Below are positions 56,610-64,000 of a stretch of DNA of 64,000 nt, piece after piece. Both the position numbers and the translations under genes were made by a program. The notes beneath the pieces were generated by a model that searched no databases, had not been told where the DNA came from, and saw only the letters and a program-made list of their open reading frames with translations. Every line of letters begins with the position of its first letter. Position 1 is the first letter of the stretch. This stretch comes from Candidatus Staskawiczbacteria bacterium (lineage in GTDB: Bacteria > Patescibacteriota > Minisyncoccia > Minisyncoccales > Staskawiczbacteraceae), in assembly GCA_023245155.1 (NCBI GenBank), contig JAHFKV010000001.1, forward strand, positions 203,034 to 267,033, in the 5' to 3' direction.

Positions 56610-57977
56610 ATGGGAATAGAAAAACATGAAATTAAAGATACTGATGAGCAGCCGAAAGAAACGCCAGAACAGGCGGAAATGACCAAGCAGTTGCAACAAA
56701 TGGCAGATACAGAATTAAAAAGAGAGGCCGATGCCTTGGCGCAAAAGCAACGGGAAAAAACGTTTATCGAAAGTACTTTCTCTGAATATCAGACCAGGGA
56801 ATCAAAGGTGCGGGGCACTGAAATCAAAAGGGGCGAAGCGTTTCGTTATGAGCGTGGACAGATCTTTAAAGCCTACATGAATTTGAGACAAGAAATCAGG
56901 GAGGCAGAAGCAAGGGGCGAAAAAGTTGTTGTCAAAAAGAGATTGTTAATAAGAATGCGCGAGAGAGCAAGGGTGATAGAAAAAGATTTAGACGAATTAA
57001 ACCGCCAATATTACGAGAATGCCAGGGACGTTGAAATTGAAACACCAGACGGTACATTTACCGTGCCAGTGGTTGAGCTGGATTTAAAGAAAGCCAAAGA
57101 AGGCGAAGATTATGATGCAACAAAGGACGATAGAATTCCGGAAGTATTTTTAACGGGCGCGGTTTCAAATTATCATCAAACAGCTTGTTACACGATGGCA
57201 CGGGCCTTACAGGGGCACCGGGTATTGGTGCCCATGACTCCTGAACAGCCATCAGTGAAAAAGCCGGAAAACTTTTCACAAGTGTTAAAGCAAAAAGGGA
57301 ATTTAGAGCCGTACGCAGATATTGTTAAAGCATTGGTCAAAAAAATGGAACTGGAAGAATTTAATTTGTCGGGGTGGTCCATGGGTGCTACTGTGGCGCT
57401 TGAAATGGCTTCGGATCCCGAGCTTGAGGGCTTGCATGATTTAACCGTCATGGAACCACTGGGTCTGCAAGACAAGGGATTTTTACGTATGGGATGGGAA
57501 TTTGCGGTCGGGCAGGGCTTAAAAACAGTCACTTCGTCTGAAAAAAAGATTAAATCTTTGGACCAGGGTGCTCAAGACAGCCAAGCCGGGTTGTCCGCCC
57601 TGGTGAACGCTGGGAGTATTTTAGCTAGAAAACATTTTGACTCCCAAAAATTGTCACGGATTAATCCTGGTGGGCGTTTTCAGGTATTGATGGGAGCCCA
57701 AAGCCCGATCATGAACGGGAATATTATTAAGGACGTCTTTAAAAAAACAGAAGCATTAAGAATCCAAAAAGATTCGGAAGCCTCTCCCCTGGAATTTTAT
57801 ACGGTTGAGGGCAAAGAAACTGGGGCGGATCATAGTTTCCCAATGGTAAACGCTCTCGGGTTGTCACGGATGGTTGATGGAGAACCACCCAAGAGCCAGT
57901 TTAGCACGGTAACCAATAAAGCCCTGGGAAATTCGGCTGTTGAGTGGATGCTTAAAGATATTGCTCAAGGAAAATAA
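56610..57977 (+). CDS. Coiled-coil + alpha/beta-hydrolase-like protein
   Basis: Charged N-terminal helix; GWSMG nucleophile elbow; late DH. Confidence 0.6.
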   Translation: MGIEKHEIKDTDEQPKETPEQAEMTKQLQQMADTELKREADALAQKQREKTFIESTFSEYQTRESKVRGTEIKRGEAFRYERGQIFKAYMNLRQEIREAEARGEKVVVKKRLLIRMRERARVIEKDLDELNRQYYENARDVEIETPDGTFTVPVVELDLKKAKEGEDYDATKDDRIPEVFLTGAVSNYHQTACYTMARALQGHRVLVPMTPEQPSVKKPENFSQVLKQKGNLEPYADIVKALVKKMELEEFNLSGWSMGATVALEMASDPELEGLHDLTVMEPLGLQDKGFLRMGWEFAVGQGLKTVTSSEKKIKSLDQGAQDSQAGLSALVNAGSILARKHFDSQKLSRINPGGRFQVLMGAQSPIMNGNIIKDVFKKTEALRIQKDSEASPLEFYTVEGKETGADHSFPMVNALGLSRMVDGEPPKSQFSTVTNKALGNSAVEWMLKDIAQGK

Positions 57978-57978
57978 T

Positions 57979-58215
57979 ATGAAAATCCAAATAGTTAAAA
58001 ATAAATATCTCAATGCAGTTTTAATTTTAATGCTGGTTTCGGCCATTGCTCATATGGCTATTCTTTTCTGGATTGCCATTATTACGGCTAATATCCATGT
58101 GCTTAACTATTTTGACATTTTGAATTTGGGCGCAGGTCCTTCTTTTGATATTCCTTCTTTTGTGTTCGTGCTCTTCTTGTATGGTGGCATTCTTTATTTC
58201 AATGAAAAACACTGA
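57979..58215 (+). CDS. Small 2-TM membrane protein
   Basis: Hydrophobic frame coupled to both neighbours. Confidence 0.6.
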   Translation: MKIQIVKNKYLNAVLILMLVSAIAHMAILFWIAIITANIHVLNYFDILNLGAGPSFDIPSFVFVLFLYGGILYFNEKH

Positions 58216-59032
58216 GCATAAAGAAATCATTATTAACGGCCGCAAGGTGCTCTATTTTGAACGGGGTAACCCTGCCCACTCCACGATGGTGTTACTTCAC
58301 GGATACCCGGGTAGTTATGAACACCTCATGGATTTCGCGGATGCATTGGGTAGTAATTTCCATATTATTATTCCCAATTTCCCTTCTTGCGGAGGATCAG
58401 AGCCCATGAACCAAGCTCATACGTTAGAGCATTTTACAGCTTGGCTGGGTGTATTTTTGCAGGAGGTCCAGGCAAGAAATTTCGTGTTGGTCGGTCATTC
58501 ATTCGGTTCCCGGGTGGCGCTATCGTATGCGGTCCGTTGGCCCAAAGAAATAAAGCGTCTTGTGCTGATTACGCCGGTACTCAAAGCTGACAGCGTGTTT
58601 GTATATGTGGTACTGCTTAAGTATAAAATTGCCAAACTTTTGCCCGCTTCAGCTAAAAAAGCTTTTCTAGCCAGCAAGCTCTATGAATATATGGCCTGCA
58701 AAATTGTGTTACAATCAAGAAATCCAAGGCTTCGTAAAGAAATCATCGGCCGCGGGTTTGGCGAATTGGTAAATGTATATCCGGATGTTCACATTGAACT
58801 GTTTGAAGAATTTTATCAGTCTGATTTGACAGTTCTCGCTAAAAAACTGGCCGTGCCAACCCTGGTGATGGCGGGGAGTAAAGACCAAGTAGCTACAGTA
58901 GCATCTGTTAAGCTGTTTACCAGGGCAGCCAAGAATATATCCTTAAAAATAATAACGGGAGCTGGGCACTTAGTGCCATTTGAACGGCCTCGGGCAGTAG
59001 CTAATCTTATTAAAGCGTGGCTTAATCGGTAA
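58202..59032 (+). CDS. Alpha/beta hydrolase
   Basis: LLHGY, GHSFG, G..D, GAGHLVPFE.P. Confidence 0.9.
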   Translation: MKNTEHKEIIINGRKVLYFERGNPAHSTMVLLHGYPGSYEHLMDFADALGSNFHIIIPNFPSCGGSEPMNQAHTLEHFTAWLGVFLQEVQARNFVLVGHSFGSRVALSYAVRWPKEIKRLVLITPVLKADSVFVYVVLLKYKIAKLLPASAKKAFLASKLYEYMACKIVLQSRNPRLRKEIIGRGFGELVNVYPDVHIELFEEFYQSDLTVLAKKLAVPTLVMAGSKDQVATVASVKLFTRAAKNISLKIITGAGHLVPFERPRAVANLIKAWLNR

Positions 59033-59035
59033 TCT

Positions 59036-59944
59036 ATGATATTTTCTTGGGTCATTATCATTGTTTTCTCCTACTTGTTTTTTGCGTTGGCGGCTTTCGG
59101 GGACAAGTTGGTGCTTTCTGGTTCACCCAACCAAAAGTCCTATGCTTTTTACGTGGGAGTTTTAGGTATCTGTGTGGTTTTTTTAATTCCGTTTGCGGGT
59201 TTGGGGTTACCTGCTTTGCCGGTCTTAGCTTGGATTTTTTTAGATGCTTTAGCCTACATTCTGGCCATTTACACCATGTTTTCAGCCCTGGAAACCTTTG
59301 ATGTTTCCCGCGTGGTGCCCGCAATTGGAGCTGTACAACCCATATTTACGTTTATCATCACCTGGTTGTTGTTTGGCCCGCAGGTGTTTCAGCCTATCCA
59401 CATGCTAGCATTTGCCATTTTGCTGGTTGGCGGATTTGTCATTTCCATGGGAAAAACGTTTTCCATTCACGGAAGATATTTGAAACTAACCCTGTTTTCT
59501 TCGCTGATGTTTTCTTGTGACTATGTGTTTTCTAAAATGGTGTTTTTACATATGCCTTTCTTGCAGGGGTTAATTTGGATCAGGATTTTTTGTTTTGGCC
59601 TGGCTTTGCTGCTTTTGTTTGATAAGAAGCTGCGCCAAGAAGTATTCAGCCGGCACCACATGGTCAAGCCCAAAACTCAGTTGTTTATTTTATCAGCCCA
59701 AGCCTCAGGCGCGGTAGCGGGGATTTTACAAAGCTTGGCTATTGCGATTGTCCCGGTGAGCTATTTGGCTATTATGAACGCTTTGCGTGGTGTGCAGTAT
59801 GTGTTTTTGTTTCTGATTACCCTGGGATTTTCCTGGTTGTTTCCGCGTTTACTAAAGGAGGAATTTTCCCAGCGGGCCATCATCCAAAAAGTCTGTTCTA
59901 TCGTCCTGATTTTTATAGGCTTGGCCATGTTATTTTTGAATTAA
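59036..59944 (+). CDS. EamA/DMT-like membrane protein
   Basis: About 10 TMs in two repeats. Confidence 0.75.
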   Translation: MIFSWVIIIVFSYLFFALAAFGDKLVLSGSPNQKSYAFYVGVLGICVVFLIPFAGLGLPALPVLAWIFLDALAYILAIYTMFSALETFDVSRVVPAIGAVQPIFTFIITWLLFGPQVFQPIHMLAFAILLVGGFVISMGKTFSIHGRYLKLTLFSSLMFSCDYVFSKMVFLHMPFLQGLIWIRIFCFGLALLLLFDKKLRQEVFSRHHMVKPKTQLFILSAQASGAVAGILQSLAIAIVPVSYLAIMNALRGVQYVFLFLITLGFSWLFPRLLKEEFSQRAIIQKVCSIVLIFIGLAMLFLN

Positions 59945-59948
59945 CGGT

Positions 59949-60647
59949 ATGAAATTAAGCATTATCATTCCAGCACTAAACGAAGAGAAGTATTTACCCC
60001 TGTTACTTGAATCAATTAGAATTCAAAGTTTTACTGATTATGAAATCATTGTGGCTGACGCTGGTTCGCACGATGGCACCCTAGACATTGCAAGGAGCTA
60101 TGGTTGCAAAATCGTTTTGGGCGGGCTGCCTGCGGCAGCCCGCAACAGCGGTGCCCGCAGTGCCACAGGCAAATTACTATTATTTTTAGATTCAGATGTG
60201 ATTTTGCCTCCGGGTTTTTTGGAAAGATCTATCGCAGCATTTGAAAGCAGAAATTTAGGCGTGGCCGGATTTTTATTAAAGCCTCTTGACGGAAAAACCG
60301 TTGATACGGCAATCTATTGGGGGCTAGACCAGTTTGTACGGGCAATGCACGGCTGGTTTTACCACGGGGCCAGCGCTATCATGGTTAAAAAAGAGGTTCA
60401 TGAAGACATTAATGGTTTTAATGAGGCGATTACCATGATCGAAGATTATTATTATATGAAAAGTGCGGCAAAAGTTTCCCGGTATGGATACATCCGCCAG
60501 CCCGTTAAAGTTTCCATGCGCCGGTATGAAAAAGACGGAAGATTCACCTATGCAAAATATGCCCTAGCGGCCTTGTATACGCACGTTATTGGCCCCATTA
60601 CCAAAGATATTTTCAATTACCAATTTAACCACTATCATAAGAAATGA
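59949..60647 (+). CDS. GT2 family glycosyltransferase
   Basis: SIIIPALNEE, D.GS.DGT, ARN.GA, FLDSD, ED. Confidence 0.92.
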   Translation: MKLSIIIPALNEEKYLPLLLESIRIQSFTDYEIIVADAGSHDGTLDIARSYGCKIVLGGLPAAARNSGARSATGKLLLFLDSDVILPPGFLERSIAAFESRNLGVAGFLLKPLDGKTVDTAIYWGLDQFVRAMHGWFYHGASAIMVKKEVHEDINGFNEAITMIEDYYYMKSAAKVSRYGYIRQPVKVSMRRYEKDGRFTYAKYALAALYTHVIGPITKDIFNYQFNHYHKK

Positions 60648-61039
60648 AAAATCTTGTTACATACTTTTGGTGGGCGGTTACTTTTTTGGGCACACTAGTC
60701 ATTTACCTAGTTTTTTTTGCGGTCCCCTCGTGGCGATTCGTAGTAATTATCGCCAGTGTGGAGATTATCTGTTGGGGGATTAAAGTTTTTTACAAAAAAG
60801 ACCGGCCCATCCCGTATCCCCGTACCAATCTCTATTCCTATATCGACGCCAATAGTTTTCCTAGCATTCATACCGCCCGTGCCGCAGCCGTAGGAATATG
60901 GTTATTCGGCCCATTAGGATTGGCTCTGGCGGCAGTGATAGGTTACTCTAGGATTTTTTTGAAAAAACATTATACTATTGATGTGGTGGCTGGCGCGATG
61001 ATTGGCGCCCTTATTTCCACCCTCATGCTATGTTTATGA
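60644..61039 (+). CDS. Small PAP2 family phosphatase
   Basis: K......RP, SFPSIH, SRIFLKKHY..DV. Confidence 0.85.
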   Translation: MKNLVTYFWWAVTFLGTLVIYLVFFAVPSWRFVVIIASVEIICWGIKVFYKKDRPIPYPRTNLYSYIDANSFPSIHTARAAAVGIWLFGPLGLALAAVIGYSRIFLKKHYTIDVVAGAMIGALISTLMLCL

Positions 61040-61809
61040 AAATAACCGAATGGCTCACCTTATTTAAATTCAGATATCACGTTACCTTTATCCTGGTGAT
61101 TCTGGGAGCTTTATTATTCGCCCCGTTTACCTACGCCCTGTTTGCTAATCTGATTGTCGTGTATCTTTCCTTCAATGTGCTTTTGTATGGAGGGCTGTAT
61201 ATATTAAACGACTTAGCTGATATTGAAAACGATAAAAAACACCCGCAAAAAAGGTTCCGACCCTTGCCCGCGGGTAAAATCACCCCCAAGGTTGCGTTCA
61301 TATTGTCTCTTGGTTGCGTCATCTTGGGCCTGGCCATAAGCTATTTCACGTTTGGCACCCTAATTTTTGCTTTATGCGTACTATTTATTGTAGCCAATCA
61401 GTTTTATACCCGGCTTGCCAAAAAAGTTCCTTACCTTGAAATTTTCGCCAATGCCATAACTCATCCCATGCGGTTTTTGCTCGGAGTTTTGCTGGTGGGA
61501 GCTGTTATCCCATATGTGTTGGTTGCCGCTTTGTTTATGCTGGCAATCGGCTTTGCTTGTGTGCGCCGCGTCATAGAACTGCGCGCCCGCGGTGAAAATT
61601 CCAGAAAGGTGTTGAAGTATTATTCTCTAAAAAGTTTGGCAACGGTCATGGTAATTGCTTTTTTTGCCATGATATTCATGGCCATTATTAATTATCCTAT
61701 GTATAGTATCGCATATGCAGTCATGGCAGGAGTATATGTAATTTGTGTTTTCGGTATTTATGTTTCCACACCTGTTTCAAGAGCCTTTGAATGGGTGTGG
61801 TTGAACTAA
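61030..61809 (+). CDS. UbiA family prenyltransferase (decaprenyl-phosphate phosphoribosyltransferase-like)
   Basis: YILNDLADIENDKKHPQKRFRPLPAG. Confidence 0.85.
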   Translation: MFMKITEWLTLFKFRYHVTFILVILGALLFAPFTYALFANLIVVYLSFNVLLYGGLYILNDLADIENDKKHPQKRFRPLPAGKITPKVAFILSLGCVILGLAISYFTFGTLIFALCVLFIVANQFYTRLAKKVPYLEIFANAITHPMRFLLGVLLVGAVIPYVLVAALFMLAIGFACVRRVIELRARGENSRKVLKYYSLKSLATVMVIAFFAMIFMAIINYPMYSIAYAVMAGVYVICVFGIYVSTPVSRAFEWVWLN

Positions 61810-61813
61810 TAGT

Positions 61814-63097
61814 ATGTACGAACTACCAGATTATAAACCAGAAGACATTAAAAGAAATGCTCAAAAAATTGCTGGCAATAAAACCTTGCAGGCAGTAGTT
61901 TTATTACTTATTATTGGGGTGGCCTTGGCATTCGCTTCGGGTAAAGTCACCGTAGATCAGCTAAAAAGCCAATATCATGCATTTTTTCAAAATGCCCAGG
62001 GCGTGGCCCATCAAATAACCCCCTTGGCTCAAAAGCCGGCGGAAAAATATGTTTCCAAAGTAGGGTACGAGCAGGCCATTATTGATTCAGTAAAATCGGC
62101 TTCGCCTTCGGTGGTCAGCATTATCATTTCAAAAAATGTGCCGGTCTACGAACAGCAATTTATTAATCCGTTCGGCGATATCCCCGGTTTTAACATTCAA
62201 ATTCCTCAGCAAGTTCAAAATGGCACCCAGTACCAAGAAGTGGGTGCCGGTTCAGGTTTTATTGTTTCAGAAGATGGTTTGATTTTAACCAACAAACATG
62301 TGGTTTCTGATACTGGCGCAGACTATGTTGCTATTACCACTGACGGCCAAAAATATCCGGCCAAAGTCCTGGCTTTGGATCCGGTGCAAGACTTGGCGGT
62401 GATAAAAATTACCGGAGATAAAAAGTTTCCGAGCATTACTCTGGGAGATTCTGCGGGCATCCAAATCGGCCAGGGGGCGATTGCCATTGGAAACGCCTTG
62501 GGGCAATTTTCTAACACGGTTTCTGTGGGTGTGGTTTCTGGCTTGGGCAGAACTATTTCAGCTGGTGGTGAGGGCGGATTTTCGGAAACCTTAGAAGGTG
62601 TTATCCAGACTGATGCAGCCATTAACCCGGGGAACTCAGGCGGACCGCTCCTGAATTTAAACGGCGAAGTGATGGGGGTGAATGTGGCTATGGCTCAGGG
62701 TGCTCAAACCATTGGTTTTGCTATTCCTATTAACATTGCCAAGCGCGACATTGATCAGATTATTAAAACCAACAAAATCATTTATCCGTTTTTGGGAGTG
62801 CGCTACGTGTTAGTGGATGGCACGGTGCAAAAAAAGTATAAGCTTCCAGTTGATTATGGTGCACTGGTTTTGAAGGGGGACAATGGCGAGCCTGCCATCA
62901 CCAAAGGCAGTCCGGCCGAAAAAGCGGGTATCCAGGAAAAAGATATTATCTTGAATTTAAACGGAGAAAAAGTAACCAAAGATGTTTCGTTGGCCAGTCT
63001 TATCCAAAAATTCAGCCCAGGCGATAAGGTGACCTTAAAAATTCTGCGCAGTGGCAAAGAAATCATGGTTGACGTAGTGCTTTCTGAGAGAAGTTAA
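61814..63097 (+). CDS. htrA: HtrA/DegP serine protease with PDZ domain
   Basis: GSGF, TNKHV, DLAV, QTDAAINPGNSGGPL, PDZ. Confidence 0.95.
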   Translation: MYELPDYKPEDIKRNAQKIAGNKTLQAVVLLLIIGVALAFASGKVTVDQLKSQYHAFFQNAQGVAHQITPLAQKPAEKYVSKVGYEQAIIDSVKSASPSVVSIIISKNVPVYEQQFINPFGDIPGFNIQIPQQVQNGTQYQEVGAGSGFIVSEDGLILTNKHVVSDTGADYVAITTDGQKYPAKVLALDPVQDLAVIKITGDKKFPSITLGDSAGIQIGQGAIAIGNALGQFSNTVSVGVVSGLGRTISAGGEGGFSETLEGVIQTDAAINPGNSGGPLLNLNGEVMGVNVAMAQGAQTIGFAIPINIAKRDIDQIIKTNKIIYPFLGVRYVLVDGTVQKKYKLPVDYGALVLKGDNGEPAITKGSPAEKAGIQEKDIILNLNGEKVTKDVSLASLIQKFSPGDKVTLKILRSGKEIMVDVVLSERS

Positions 63098-63115
63098 AAA
63101 AGTAACCATAATCTG

Positions 63116-64000
63116 ATGAAAGAGCAACCACATTTTAACCAAGGTCCTAGTTCTGAAGTTGTCCCTCGATTTGGTCCGCTACCCACTCCTGTAGGTGAAA
63201 CATTTCCTTCAGAAGATGGAAAATTTCAAGCAATAACCACGGAATCTTTAGCAAACCAGGAAAAATGTTTTGCATTAGGAGATGTAATCTATTTTCCTCC
63301 TTATGCTTCCCCTGAAGATGTGGCTGATAGCTTAGATGAAGTTGATCCTGAAATTATAAAAAGCGTCACGTTCGGGCAGGAAGATCTTGTTAAGCAAGCT
63401 CGAATTTATAAGCCCTGGTTAGTTGAAGCAATAAAAGTAAATTATTTTCGATATTTTGAGCAAAACAAAAAAGAGCCCGATTGGATAGAGCAGGTGTCGC
63501 CTCTGTGTCGCCAAAATATTCGCCGCGAACACATGTTGCGCGAATATGATGATACGCTTTACATTCTTCCCTCAATACCACTTTCGGGAACAGGGGGTTA
63601 TATTATTTCTGAGGGAGGCATTACCCAGGATGTCACTAACGCCTTAGGTCTTGGTCGCCTTGGTGAAATACGCCAACTCGCCAAACTTACCGATCCGGTA
63701 ACAACAAAAGAAGAATCTCCGGGTCACTTTGCTACGGCTTTTCAGCACCGAAGGTATGCTCATAGTTTAGATACCATGGCTATTATGCGTTTAATGGCAG
63801 TAAGAAATGGTTTGGATGAACAAACTACCAATGCCGCTATCGTAGCAGCTTTGGCTCATGATATGTATACTCCTGCTGGCGGAGATACCACCAAAATGGC
63901 TGATCCGGAAAGATTTGATGAAGACGCGCGTTTTGCCGAAATTCTACAGGAACCTCTATATATAGAGCTTTGTACTAAATATAATATTGATCCCCAAGTG
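63116..64000 (+). CDS. HD-domain phosphohydrolase (SAMHD1/dNTPase-like), truncated by window end
   Basis: Manual translation: RLGEIRQL...HRRYAHSL...AALAHD; not in ORF track because no stop codon falls in the window. Confidence 0.8.
   Translation, partial: MKEQPHFNQGPSSEVVPRFGPLPTPVGETFPSEDGKFQAITTESLANQEKCFALGDVIYFPPYASPEDVADSLDEVDPEIIKSVTFGQEDLVKQARIYKPWLVEAIKVNYFRYFEQNKKEPDWIEQVSPLCRQNIRREHMLREYDDTLYILPSIPLSGTGGYIISEGGITQDVTNALGLGRLGEIRQLAKLTDPVTTKEESPGHFATAFQHRRYAHSLDTMAIMRLMAVRNGLDEQTTNAAIVAALAHDMYTPAGGDTTKMADPERFDEDARFAEILQEPLYIELCTKYNIDPQV

Noticed and set aside
1..64000. CRISPR array, transposases, prophage genes, rRNA
   Set aside because: No regularly spaced repeats or recognisable motifs found by eye.

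Overview
Gene-dense, AT-rich bacterial chromosome segment that looks like Patescibacteria/CPR (Parcubacteria-like). That assignment is inferred from minimal gene versions (short Mfd, archaeal-type PyrH, alpha2 GlyRS), tightly overlapping genes, PsbP-like/Ig-like surface proteins and palindromic in-gene inserts. Core content: uvrB, ruvA, murE-like ligase, greA, polX, rplT/rpmI/infC, tmRNA + smpB, pyrH, six aminoacyl-tRNA synthetases, recO, tatD, tsaC, glyA, tRNA-Leu(CAA), topA, dprA, mfd, pth, lepB, rpsU, ybeY, ftsA, ftsZ, comEC, htrA, and two lipid/envelope clusters. No CRISPR array, transposase or integrase was seen. The most striking pattern is a two-tier gene grammar. Housekeeping genes have a -10 box ending about 5-8 nt before the start codon and no Shine-Dalgarno (SD), so they are leaderless or nearly so. 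Five isolated, GC-richer single-gene cassettes (stand-alone LeuA-type regulatory domain, an unknown protein, CsrA, a secreted protein, pyroglutamyl peptidase) each have a -35/-10 promoter, a 5' leader, a strong GGAGG SD and their own terminator. Other oddities: a tail-less FtsZ with a substituted catalytic Asp, infC starting 8 nt after the tmRNA 3' end, a CarS-like lipid cluster, a GT2-PAP2-UbiA trio, and short palindromic elements inserted in-frame in core genes. All calls come from reading the sequence; no searches were run.
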